Of a DNA stretch of 64,000 nt, positions 41,001-49,301 are shown piece after piece. Every line of letters starts with the position of its first letter. Position 1 is the stretch's first letter. This DNA is from Moheibacter lacus. Its GTDB lineage: Bacteria > Bacteroidota > Bacteroidia > Flavobacteriales > Weeksellaceae. The notes beneath the pieces are model-generated. The model was not told the DNA's origin. It worked only from the letters and a program-made list of their open reading frames with translations, and made no database searches. Position numbers and translations under genes: made by a program. Location of the stretch: positions 21,129 through 85,128 of the forward strand of contig JBEBVY010000002.1 of assembly GCA_040392505.1 (NCBI GenBank), written 5' to 3'.

Positions 41001-41706
41001 CCAATTTTTCATTCTGGGAAGTCTCGTTGGCACCGGCTTTGGGAGTGATAAAAACGAAGAGATTTTTGCCGTTTTTATGTTGCAAATAACCGTTTTCAAT
41101 AGAAAAATTCTCACCGGATTGTAGTTGTTGGAATTTTTTGATCGCCATAAAATCCATTCCAAAAGGGTCAGAACGTAACATTTGAGCGGTAACCATTCCC
41201 GACGGAGAAACGATGGAATGATAGACTTCTTCTACTTTTGTGGAAACATTTTCCGGGGCGAGAAGAGAATCGATCTGGTCATAATCCTTTTGGTCCAGAT
41301 ACAAAGGAAGATGCGTGGAAACAAAATCGAGCAATTCAACCATTTTATCATCCTCAAATCGCGATTGAAGATTTCCGACCGATGGATTTTCGGAAAGTTC
41401 GGCGGTTAAACCATCGGCAAAAGCCTGTAAATCAGCTTGATTATCAATTGAATCGGAAGAAATATTGACGATGATTTTATCGGCATAACTGACATTTTTC
41501 AACACCTGATTAATGGTTTCCGAATCCTCTCCCGAAGGAATTAATTTGGAGATGTCTTCTTCAAATGAAATTCGTGAAGCCCAGTATCCGAGCAGAATCA
41601 ATAAAAAAATGGTTGAACAAAAAAATAAAACTTTCCGTTCTTTAAAAGTGTGATAAGCAGAAATAAACAATTGAACCAAAACTTCCTTTATCCGATTAAG
41701 AAACAA
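38044..41706 (-). CDS. MMPL family exporter fused to a PlsC-type acyltransferase and a methyltransferase-like domain
   Basis: Two RND/MMPL TM repeats (GLTLDYSLH, GLGVDYSIF), NHTSQLD HX4D, FPEGTRS, LHLGCGYG. Confidence 0.85.
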   Translation of the reverse strand: MFLNRIKEVLVQLFISAYHTFKERKVLFFCSTIFLLILLGYWASRISFEEDISKLIPSGEDSETINQVLKNVSYADKIIVNISSDSIDNQADLQAFADGLTAELSENPSVGNLQSRFEDDKMVELLDFVSTHLPLYLDQKDYDQIDSLLAPENVSTKVEEVYHSIVSPSGMVTAQMLRSDPFGMDFMAIKKFQQLQSGENFSIENGYLQHKNGKNLFVFITPKAGANETSQNEKLVNDLNNSIQKLNTEFKKSNVKAEYFGATPVSVANAKRIKNDIILTLSISVVLLFALFIYFYRKPYIPLIIIVPAIFGSLLGMAVLYFLKGTISAISIGIGSVLLGLTLDYSLHILSHYRSTGDIEKLFKSTVKPLLICAVFTAADFLVLLFLKSDVLKDLGVFAAVSVLGAAIFALLFVPQVYLPKNSFEVKQNTIIDKLASYDFDRNKFLLGFSVLLILISLFTYRNVGFENDLNKLNYMPDELQKAENELDKLNDYSSKSIYIASYGSDFEEALAANSDLYNKLLKAENKDEILSFSSIGGILLSENEQKQKIERWNQFWTQERKETLQNQMISEGRKFGFKDNAFSPFFNRLNEEFTYENLTENEILNELFLNEFVKKEDDLVTITSSLKMKNENTDKVVKEFSEGKNTLVIDRKKLSETFLSNLEADFDKLFFISSIVIFIILFLFFGSMELTLITNIPIFAGWLVTLGMMGVLGLNFNAFNIIITTLIFGLGVDYSIFVTRGLIEKYTYGTDEMPAFKSGILMSALATIICFGVLIFAKHPAIYSISWIPIIGLTVVVLMSFTIQPWLFRFFIQKPQDKGNTPRTILGVIYTFFTFGYFFVAGFILNLLAQVFLPIIPVSKKKKFGAFHTVMQKYFWLLVYGTPFIPIRKIGEENLDFSTPKIIIANHTSQLDTPTMGMLHNRLIFMVNNRVLKSKFFGKAIQMAGFYSSSENYDDGIPQLEEKIRQGYSVIVFPEGTRSRTSAVQRFHKGAFYLSEKLNLDIQPVLVRGNADRLPKDDNLLKSGKLTLEFLPVIRHDDADWGQNYTERTKNISRYFKEKFIELKRKDEDENYFRNKLNFNYIYKPKYIQKAFKSDFEAHKSLYHTILSILPVKARILHLGCGYGVLDFLLVYDSAFRVVEAWDEDVEKIQIAQNTFTVNRFPVRFHSKFPELFTVADYVIVQNEKCREGFEKAVNLDEWEIYFSEKDLTIFKNKNAGRI

Positions 41707-41789
41707 ATATATAAATTTGCAACGGCAGAAAAGGAGTTGTTGGATGATGAAACGATGAAATCTTTAGGAGCCGATTAGAAAATAAAAGA

Positions 41790-42749
41790 ATGTTAAAAAT
41801 TTCCCTTTTGGGATTTGGCCACATCGGCCGGGTTCATAAAAACGCAATAGACGAAACCAAAGGCGCAGAACTGGTTTCCATCATAGATATCAATTACGAA
41901 GATGAGGAATCAGCCGTTCCGATTTATAAAACGCTGGAAAGCTTTTTGACGGAAGATAAAGAAACCGATCTGGTGGTCATCGCTACGCCAAACGGCCTTC
42001 ATCGGGATCATGCGATTCGCTGTCTGAAAGCGGGCAAACATGTGCTGATTGAAAAACCGATTGCTTTAACCATAGAGCACGCCCAGGAAATCCTTCAAGC
42101 TGCCGAAAAGTATGGACGACGGGTTTTTTCTTCGATGCAATTGCGGTTTTCGCCGCCGGTCAGATACGTGAAGACGCTTTTGGAAAATAATTCTTTGGGC
42201 GAGATTTATATGGTCAACATCAATTGTTACTGGAACCGCAATAAAAATTATTACATGACCCGCGAATGGCATGGGACGAATTTAATGGATGGCGGTGTTT
42301 TGTTTACCCAATTCTCACATTTTATCGACATTGTAAATTATTGGTTTGAAGAAACCAGCTGCATCGGTGCATCATTTTACAATTTTAACCATCAAGGAAT
42401 TACTGAATTTGCCGATAGCGGGAAATTGGATTTTAAAGCGAATGAAGCGGTCGGAAGCATGATTTTCACGACTTCGACCTTCGAAAAAAATTACAAAAGC
42501 GGCATCATAATCATAGCTGAAAAAGGAACGATAGAAATCGGGGATCAATATTTAAACGAATTGAAATACAGCAATTTAAAAAATGTAGTTTGTTCCAAAA
42601 ACATGTCGACCGAAGTCAAAAATTTTCATCCGGTAGCCATTGCCGAAATCCGTGATGCTTTATCGGAAAACCGAGCTTCGGTTTTGGACGGTGTTCATGC
42701 GGTGCGTTTGGTGCAATTTATTGAGGAAGCCTATCAATTGGCGGAGTAA
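41790..42749 (+). CDS. Gfo/Idh/MocA family oxidoreductase
   Basis: LLGFGHIG, IATPNGLH, HVLIEKP, DGGVLFTQFSHFID. Confidence 0.9.
   Translation: MLKISLLGFGHIGRVHKNAIDETKGAELVSIIDINYEDEESAVPIYKTLESFLTEDKETDLVVIATPNGLHRDHAIRCLKAGKHVLIEKPIALTIEHAQEILQAAEKYGRRVFSSMQLRFSPPVRYVKTLLENNSLGEIYMVNINCYWNRNKNYYMTREWHGTNLMDGGVLFTQFSHFIDIVNYWFEETSCIGASFYNFNHQGITEFADSGKLDFKANEAVGSMIFTTSTFEKNYKSGIIIIAEKGTIEIGDQYLNELKYSNLKNVVCSKNMSTEVKNFHPVAIAEIRDALSENRASVLDGVHAVRLVQFIEEAYQLAE
42660..42734 (+). repeat. 75-bp direct repeat, copy 1 (3' end of the Gfo/Idh/MocA gene)
   Basis: TTATCGGAAAACCGAGCTTC...GAGGAAGCCTAT; matches 43381-43455 at 73 of 75 positions by manual alignment. Confidence 0.93.
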
Positions 42750-42777
42750 AGTATTTGTTGATTTAGTTATTCTAATT

Positions 42778-43083
42778 TCAAGGTTTAAAATCCTTATATT
42801 TTTGGTCATCTTGTGAAGTATGGAAAACAGCTTTGATGAAAATGATTTTATTATTTTCATCAATTGTATAAAAAACAATAAACGGAAATTTTTTCATGGG
42901 CTTACCGCGGAAGTGTTGAAAAAAGAACCTGAAATAAACTGACTTCTGAATGTCTTTAAAGGTTTTTTTGTAATCGTCTATGAATGATTTTGCAACTTTA
43001 GTTGAAATCTTATTTTTGTAATAAGCCGTAGCGTCCTCAATATTTTGTTTGGCTACCGGCGTTATGACAATTTTATAATTCAT
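42778..43083 (-). CDS. Type II toxin, RelE/ParE family
   Basis: YKIVITPVAKQNIEDATAYY, KKFPFIVFYTI, KAVFHTSQD. Confidence 0.85.
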   Translation of the reverse strand: MNYKIVITPVAKQNIEDATAYYKNKISTKVAKSFIDDYKKTFKDIQKSVYFRFFFQHFRGKPMKKFPFIVFYTIDENNKIIFIKAVFHTSQDDQKYKDFKP

Positions 43084-43291
43084 ATTTGTTTTTCAATTCC
43101 TTATAGAAATCTTCTGCATCTGAACATTCATCTAAAGAAATGTTTTCCTGATCTAAAAGTATTTTTTTTTGCTCGTCCGATAGTTCAAAATCTGAGTCTG
43201 ATTTTTTTTCATATTGAGCTCCGATAAGTTCCAAAAACTCCAAAAAAAAGGAGTTTTTATTGTCAGGAACGGAAACATTGTATGTTGTCAT
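43073..43291 (-). CDS. Putative antitoxin (addiction-module component)
   Basis: 72 aa and acidic, LSDEQKKIL motif, overlaps the toxin start by 11 bp. Confidence 0.7.
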   Translation of the reverse strand: MTTYNVSVPDNKNSFFLEFLELIGAQYEKKSDSDFELSDEQKKILLDQENISLDECSDAEDFYKELKNKYEL

Positions 43292-43380
43292 AAAAATTTC
43301 AGTTATAGAATTTTACATCAAAAATCTAAATACAAATATAATAAGAAAAACAGGAACAAGAACCCGATGATATGGAAACA

Positions 43381-43455
43381 TTATCGGAAAACCGAGCTTC
43401 GCTTTTGGACGGTGTTCATGCGGTACGTTTGGTGCAATTTATTGAGGAAGCCTAT
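43381..43455 (+). repeat. 75-bp direct repeat, copy 2 (duplicated gene 3' end)
   Basis: Same reading frame as copy 1 (LSENRASLLDGVHAVRLVQFIEEAY), then KLSGI-stop instead of QLAE-stop. Confidence 0.93.
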
Positions 43456-43476
43456 AAACTTTCTGGAATTTAAAAT

Positions 43477-43577
43477 TTGGGCGCCATTTCGGGCTGGCGG
43501 CACTCGCTTTTTTTGTAGCCTTCAAGAACCTCAGGCTACAAAAAAGAGCTCAAACAAACTGCCTTCATCCCGGGCGC
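43477..43577 (+). ncRNA. Flavo-1-like structured RNA / repeat element
   Basis: TTGGGCG...GGGCT...ACTCGCT-[TTTTTGTAGCC...GGCTACAAAAA]-GAGCTCAAACA...ATCCC..GCGC; nested stems resembling the Flavo-1 motif, recognised from memory. Confidence 0.65.
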
Positions 43578-43635
43578 GGACAGCGTTAGTAATAAAAAAC
43601 CGCCAATTAATACCCGACAAGTATGAAACTATAAA

Positions 43636-44775
43636 TTATCCCAATGCCTGTTTCAAATCCTCCAATAAATCCTCAATATCTTCAATTCCTACACTTAAGC
43701 GCACCAGGTCATCGGTAATCCCTGTTTCGGCACGTTTTTCTGCAGGAATGGAGGCGTGTGTCATGGTCGCAGGATGATTGGCCAATGATTCAACTCCACC
43801 CAAACTTTCAGCCAGTGTAAATACTTTCAGGCTTTCCAAAAAGGAATCGGCGTCTTTGCGTTCGCCCGATTGGAAATTGAATGAAACCATTCCCCCAAAA
43901 TCACGCATTTGTTTTTTGGCCACTTCGTGGTTGGGATGGTTTTCCAGTCCGGGATAAAAAACTTTCCCGATTTTGGGATGATTGGATAAAAATTCCGCCA
44001 CTTTTCGTCCGTTTTCGCAATGTCTTTGCATGCGCACGTGTAGGGTTTTGATGCCTCGCAATACCAAATAAGAATCTTGTGGACCCAAAATCCCACCGCC
44101 TGCAAATAATTGAAAATGAACTTTTTCGGCTAATTCAGCATCTTTCACAACCAATGCGCCAGCCACCACATCAGAGTGACCGCCCAAATATTTTGTAGCG
44201 GAATGCATCACGATATCGGCACCCAAATCCAATGGGTTTTGTAAATAAGGCGAGGCAAACGTATTGTCAACCGCCACCAAAATATCTTTTTCTTTTACCA
44301 AATCACAAACCGCCTGAATATCTACCACTTTCATTAAAGGATTGGTAGGCGTTTCAATCCAGATCAATTGGGTTTTGGCATTCAATTTCTCCAAAACATT
44401 TTGCGGATTCGTCATATCTACGAAATGGAATTTTAATCCATAACGCTCATAGATCCGGGTAAACATTCTATAAGAACCTCCGTATAAATCATCCATCGCA
44501 ATCACTTCATCTCCCGGGTTCAAAAGTTTCATCACACTATCGGTAGCAGCTAATCCGGAGCCAAATGCAAATCCGTGGGTTCCGTTTTCGATGCTCGCCA
44601 AAGCATTTTCCAAAGCGGTTCTTGTAGGATTTGCGCCACGCGAATATTCATATCCTTTGTGAACGCCCGGGCTGCTCTGGGCATAAGTGGAGGTTTGATA
44701 AATTGGCGTCATCACGGCTCCTGTGCTCGGATCGTGTTGTTGATTCCCGTGTATGGTTTTGGTATTGAATTTCAT
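43636..44775 (-). CDS. Cystathionine gamma-synthase/lyase family PLP enzyme
   Basis: PIYQTST, YSRGANPTR, IETPTNP, VDNTF, HSATKYLGGHSD, LAESLGGVESL. Confidence 0.93.
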   Translation of the reverse strand: MKFNTKTIHGNQQHDPSTGAVMTPIYQTSTYAQSSPGVHKGYEYSRGANPTRTALENALASIENGTHGFAFGSGLAATDSVMKLLNPGDEVIAMDDLYGGSYRMFTRIYERYGLKFHFVDMTNPQNVLEKLNAKTQLIWIETPTNPLMKVVDIQAVCDLVKEKDILVAVDNTFASPYLQNPLDLGADIVMHSATKYLGGHSDVVAGALVVKDAELAEKVHFQLFAGGGILGPQDSYLVLRGIKTLHVRMQRHCENGRKVAEFLSNHPKIGKVFYPGLENHPNHEVAKKQMRDFGGMVSFNFQSGERKDADSFLESLKVFTLAESLGGVESLANHPATMTHASIPAEKRAETGITDDLVRLSVGIEDIEDLLEDLKQALG

Positions 44776-44851
44776 TATTTTCTATGTTTGAATTCTTTCT
44801 GCAAACTTACTATGTTTTTAAGATTTGATTAAATTTGGCAGCGGAATTATT

Positions 44852-45946
44852 ATGCGATACAGTTTTTATTTGTTGATTTTCCTTTCGACAATCGGTTTTT
44901 CTCAAGAAAATGAACCGCAATATTCGGTAGATGTCAATTACTATTACGGAAGCATTTTGCCACACAGTGAAAAAATCAGTCATCTGATAACCGATCATCC
45001 TGAAGGCTTTTTTGTTTCGGCCAACCGAAAAACATTTGGAGATGAGGAATGGGAATCAAGGTTAAATTATCCGGATTATGGTTTGACACTTCATTACCAA
45101 AACAACAAAAATGAAACTTTGGGTGATATGTACGGGCTTTTTGCTCATTATAATTTCTATTTTCTGAAACGCAATTTACAATTGCGAATAGGTCAGGGGA
45201 TTGCTTATAACACCAATCCTTATGACAAAGAAACCAACTACCGGAATTCCGCTTACGGTTCTCATTTTATGCCGGCGTCTTTTTTTATGGCCAATTTTCA
45301 GAAAGAAAACATCTGGGAAGGATTTGGAATTCGTACCGGATTATTTTTAATCCATCATTCCAACGGAACCATTAAAACACCCAATACCAGCGCTAACACC
45401 GTAGGAGCCAATATAGGAGTTACTTATACATTTGATCATAAAAACGAACGGATTTACCATCCGCGAACCAATAAGGATTCTGCTTTTACCGAACCGATTA
45501 GGTACAACATTGCATTCCGAACCGGTGTGCACGAAAGTCACATCATAGGTAGTGGACAATATCCTTTTTATGTTTTTTCGGGTTATGCGGATAAAAGAAT
45601 CAGCCGATCGAGTGCTTTTCAGGCAGGAATTGATGTTTTTTTATCGATGATGATGAAACATGAAATTGAGATGATGGCGATTTCTTTTCCGGAGAAGGGA
45701 ATCAGTGCCGATACCGATTACAAAAGAGTCGGATTATTTGTGGGATATGAGTTATTTCTGAACCGATTGTCTTTTGAAGGACAATTGGGCGGTTATTTAT
45801 ATGACGATTATAAATCACATACAGCGCTTTATCAGCATTTGGGATTGAAATATTATTTTTATAGAAATTTCTTTGTGGGAACCGGACTAAAAACCCATTT
45901 TTCCAAAGCGGAAGCCATGGACTTTTCGTTAGGAATACGGCTGTGA
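44852..45946 (+). CDS. Acyloxyacyl hydrolase (PagL-like outer-membrane beta-barrel)
   Basis: Signal peptide, HHSNG catalytic-like motif, barrel-type C-terminus LGIRL. Start at ATG 44852. Confidence 0.7.
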   Translation: MRYSFYLLIFLSTIGFSQENEPQYSVDVNYYYGSILPHSEKISHLITDHPEGFFVSANRKTFGDEEWESRLNYPDYGLTLHYQNNKNETLGDMYGLFAHYNFYFLKRNLQLRIGQGIAYNTNPYDKETNYRNSAYGSHFMPASFFMANFQKENIWEGFGIRTGLFLIHHSNGTIKTPNTSANTVGANIGVTYTFDHKNERIYHPRTNKDSAFTEPIRYNIAFRTGVHESHIIGSGQYPFYVFSGYADKRISRSSAFQAGIDVFLSMMMKHEIEMMAISFPEKGISADTDYKRVGLFVGYELFLNRLSFEGQLGGYLYDDYKSHTALYQHLGLKYYFYRNFFVGTGLKTHFSKAEAMDFSLGIRL

Positions 45947-45989
45947 ACCCTACTTAACCTCCAAAAGGAGAAGAATAATTTATGTCAAA

Positions 45990-46727
45990 ATGAAAAAATT
46001 ACTGTTTGTTTTATTATCAATTTTAATTCTGAGTTGCAATTCGGAAAACGGCCCGGATTGTTTCAAAAGCCAGGGTGATTTGGAAACACAGGAAATTTCA
46101 GTTGGCGAATTCTCCAAAATCAATATTTCAGTTGGAGTAGAATTAATTATCAAGCAATCGGAACAACAAACTGTAAAACTGACGATGGGAAAAAACCTCA
46201 TCAACGATATAAAGTTCGAAGTAGTGGACGGCGAACTGAAAATTACCAATGAAAACGGGTGTGAAATGCTTCGGAACTATCATTCGGCGAAGGTGTATGT
46301 GACGACACCGGTATTGGAAAAGATTTATTCGAGTTCGCAGTATTCCATTAAATCGGACGGGGTTTTGACCTTTCCCGAATTGACTTTGGAATCGGGAATT
46401 ATCGAAGATACGCCGGCAAGCCTGTTTGAAATGCAGATTGAGAACGAGGTGCTGAAAGTAAATGACAATATTTCTTCGGTTTTTAAAATATCGGGAACTT
46501 CAGAGAGATTAGAAATCAAATTTTGGGGTTCAAACGGACGTTTTGAAGGCGAAAATTTCAGGGTGGATGAGGTGAATGTCAATCATAGAAGCACCAACGA
46601 TATCATTGTTTACCCTGTCAACTCTGTAAGCGGAGTAATTCGAAGCACCGGAAATCTGGTCTTGAAAAACGTTCCGCCCATCATTGAGGTAGAGCAATTG
46701 TACACCGGACACATCGTTTATCCTTAA
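45990..46727 (+). CDS. Head GIN domain (DUF2807) lipoprotein
   Basis: Lipobox ILSC, FSKINIS..VELIIKQ, GKNLINDI...DGELKI; beta-helix-like repeats. Confidence 0.78.
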   Translation: MKKLLFVLLSILILSCNSENGPDCFKSQGDLETQEISVGEFSKINISVGVELIIKQSEQQTVKLTMGKNLINDIKFEVVDGELKITNENGCEMLRNYHSAKVYVTTPVLEKIYSSSQYSIKSDGVLTFPELTLESGIIEDTPASLFEMQIENEVLKVNDNISSVFKISGTSERLEIKFWGSNGRFEGENFRVDEVNVNHRSTNDIIVYPVNSVSGVIRSTGNLVLKNVPPIIEVEQLYTGHIVYP

Positions 46728-46761
46728 ATTTTAAAAACGGAGAATTCCCTATTTTTATACC

Positions 46762-47112
46762 ATGAAAAAAATATATTACCTCCAGACCTGCGACACTTGC
46801 AGGAGAATCATGAAGGAATTTGATTTTTCCGGATTTGAAAAACAGGAAATCAAAACGGAATCCATAACATCCCATCAATTGGAAGAAATGAAAGAATTGG
46901 CCGGAAGCTATGAAGCACTTTTCTCCCGGAAAGCCAAAAAATACAAAGAAATGGGATTGAAAGATGAAGTCTTGTCCGAAAAGGATTACCGGTACTATAT
47001 TTTGAATGATTATACCTTTTTGAAACGCCCGGTCGTGATAGACGGAAAGGAGATTTTCATAGGGAATGAGAAGAAAAATCTGGAAGCCTTGGCGTTACGT
47101 TTTAAAAAATAA
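46762..47112 (+). CDS. ArsC/Spx/MgsR family protein
   Basis: TCDTCRRI CxxC, FLKRPV, FIGN. Confidence 0.85.
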   Translation: MKKIYYLQTCDTCRRIMKEFDFSGFEKQEIKTESITSHQLEEMKELAGSYEALFSRKAKKYKEMGLKDEVLSEKDYRYYILNDYTFLKRPVVIDGKEIFIGNEKKNLEALALRFKK

Positions 47113-47141
47113 AAAGACAAATTCACTATAAAACATAAATC

Positions 47142-49247
47142 ATGAATAAATACATCATCGGATTGACGGCATTGTTTGGAAGCATTCTTTTTGCGCAAAA
47201 CAAACAATTGACGATGAAAGAAGCGGTTATGGGAATTCGCCCGGACAGCAAAACCTATCAGTGGCTACCGGATTCCGACCAATTTTATGAAAAAGTCAAA
47301 ACAGGCTATGGAAATGCGCTGGTTTTATATAATGCGGCCAATTTAAAAACCGATACCCTGCTTCGTTCTCTTGATTTTCCGGAACTGAAAAATGTGCCAA
47401 ATCTGAATTGGGTTGATTCTGAAAAAGCCTATTTTGTGGACAGTCGGATGTATAATTGGTTTAACAAATCAAAAAAAACAACCTCTAAATGGTTTGAATT
47501 GTCGGAAAATACGGACGCCATTGAAATTGACGGAAAGTCCGGACAAACGGCTTATGTTATAGATAATAATTTGTTTTTAATTGATTCAAACGGAAAAACA
47601 ACCCAAATCACAACGGACGGAAAATACGGAATCGTAAACGGGAAAACTGTTCACAGAGAAGAATTTGGCATTTACAAAGGAATTTTCTTTTCGCCCAAAG
47701 GAAGTTTAGTCGCTTTTTATAGAATGGACGAAACCATGGTGGAGGATTATCCGATTGTCGATTGGTCAACAACTCCGGCCGTAAATAAAAACATCAAATA
47801 TCCGTTTGCAGGAAGAACGATTCATCAGGTAACCATCGGGGTTTACAATCCCAAAACCAAACAAACCACCTTTCTTCAAACTGGCGAACCCAAAGATCAA
47901 TATTTGACTTGCGTAACCTGGTCGCCCGACGAAAAATCGATTTTTGTAACGGTTTTAAATCGTGATCAGAACCATTTGAAATTAAATCAATACGATGCCC
48001 AAACCGGAAAATTAACCAAAACTTTATTGGAAGAAAATGATTCAAAATACGTAGAACCGCAAAATGAATTGTATTTCTTGAATGAAAAGGAATTCGTCTG
48101 GTGGAGCCAACGCGACGGATTTATGCATTTGTATCGTTATGATGTGAGCGGAAAATTACTCAATCAAATCACCAAAGGAAATTGGTTGGTCAATGAAATA
48201 ATCGGTGAAAACAAAGACAAAAAAACATTGCTCATCACCTCGACCAAAGATGGCGCGATGGAAAAACATTTGTACACGGTGAATTGGGAGAACGGGAAAA
48301 TGGAAAGAATCGACAGTGACCCGGGTTATCATTTTTTTACGGCAAATTCAACCGGGACTTATGTGTTGGATAATTGGTCAAATGAAACTACTTCACGAAA
48401 AATCGATGTATTATCGACCGACAAAAAAGCCAAACATAATTTATTCACTGCTTCGAATCCATTGGCCGAATACCAGATGCCAAAAGTGGAAAATGTAACA
48501 TTGAAAGCTGATGACGGAACGGATTTATACGGAAAATTGATTTATCCGACCCAATTTGATTCTTCAAAAAAATATCCGGTTATCGTGTATTTGTACAACG
48601 GACCCCATGCGCAGATGAATTTGAACCGTTTTCCGGCGAGCGGAAATCTTTGGTACGATTATATGGCGCAAAACGGCTATGTGGTTTGGGTGATGGACGG
48701 AAGAGGAAGTTCCAACCGCGGATTAAAATTTGAACAAGCGATCCATAGAAATTTAGGAGAAATAGAAATGAACGATCAGATGAAAGGTGTGAATTATCTG
48801 AAATCATTGCCATTTGTAGATGGAGAAAGAATGGGAATTCACGGCTGGAGTTATGGCGGTTTTATGACCACATCCTTTATGTTGCGCAAACCCGATGTTT
48901 TCAAAGCAGGCGTGGCCGGAGGGCCGGTTTTGGATTGGAGCATGTATGAAGCCATGTATGGTGAGCGTTACATGGGAACGCCACAAAATAATGCAGGCGG
49001 ATACGCCACGAACCTACTTTTTGACAAAACCCAAAACCTGAAAGGAAAATTATTGATCATCCACGGAACTCAGGATCCTGTAGTGGTTTGGCAGCATTCC
49101 ATTAATTTCTTAAGAAATGCCGTATCAAACGGTGTGCAGGTGGATTATTTTGTGTATCCCGGTTATGAGCACAACGTGCGAGGCTTGGACAGAGTCCATC
49201 TGATGCAAAAGATTTCAGATTATTTTGATTTGTATTTGAAGGACTAA
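47142..49247 (+). CDS. S9 family peptidase (DPP IV / prolyl tripeptidyl peptidase)
   Basis: Signal peptide, HREEFGI, GWSYGG nucleophile, HGTQD, H of the triad (YEHNV). Confidence 0.92.
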   Translation: MNKYIIGLTALFGSILFAQNKQLTMKEAVMGIRPDSKTYQWLPDSDQFYEKVKTGYGNALVLYNAANLKTDTLLRSLDFPELKNVPNLNWVDSEKAYFVDSRMYNWFNKSKKTTSKWFELSENTDAIEIDGKSGQTAYVIDNNLFLIDSNGKTTQITTDGKYGIVNGKTVHREEFGIYKGIFFSPKGSLVAFYRMDETMVEDYPIVDWSTTPAVNKNIKYPFAGRTIHQVTIGVYNPKTKQTTFLQTGEPKDQYLTCVTWSPDEKSIFVTVLNRDQNHLKLNQYDAQTGKLTKTLLEENDSKYVEPQNELYFLNEKEFVWWSQRDGFMHLYRYDVSGKLLNQITKGNWLVNEIIGENKDKKTLLITSTKDGAMEKHLYTVNWENGKMERIDSDPGYHFFTANSTGTYVLDNWSNETTSRKIDVLSTDKKAKHNLFTASNPLAEYQMPKVENVTLKADDGTDLYGKLIYPTQFDSSKKYPVIVYLYNGPHAQMNLNRFPASGNLWYDYMAQNGYVVWVMDGRGSSNRGLKFEQAIHRNLGEIEMNDQMKGVNYLKSLPFVDGERMGIHGWSYGGFMTTSFMLRKPDVFKAGVAGGPVLDWSMYEAMYGERYMGTPQNNAGGYATNLLFDKTQNLKGKLLIIHGTQDPVVVWQHSINFLRNAVSNGVQVDYFVYPGYEHNVRGLDRVHLMQKISDYFDLYLKD

Positions 49248-49301
49248 GGATATCCATTCATTGTAAAAAACTTTGTACTTTTGCTAACCTGATTTAGAAT
49301 T

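Noticed and set aside
42750-43380. dif/XerCD sites flanking the toxin-antitoxin islet
   Set aside because: No match to the XerD arm (TTATGTTAAAT-like) was found by eye.
42660-43455. The 75-bp repeat pair as a CRISPR array or IS ends
   Set aside because: Only two direct copies of coding sequence, 721 bp apart; no cas genes, transposase or terminal inverted repeats.
43214-43777. 187-aa plus-strand ORF
   Set aside because: Crosses the antitoxin, the repeat (in a different frame), the structured RNA and the 3' end of the PLP enzyme; no recognisable motifs.
45947-45978. ACCCTACTTAACCTCCAAAAGGAGAAG, a possible REP-like remnant
   Set aside because: Only a 4-bp stem and a single copy in the window; too weak to call.
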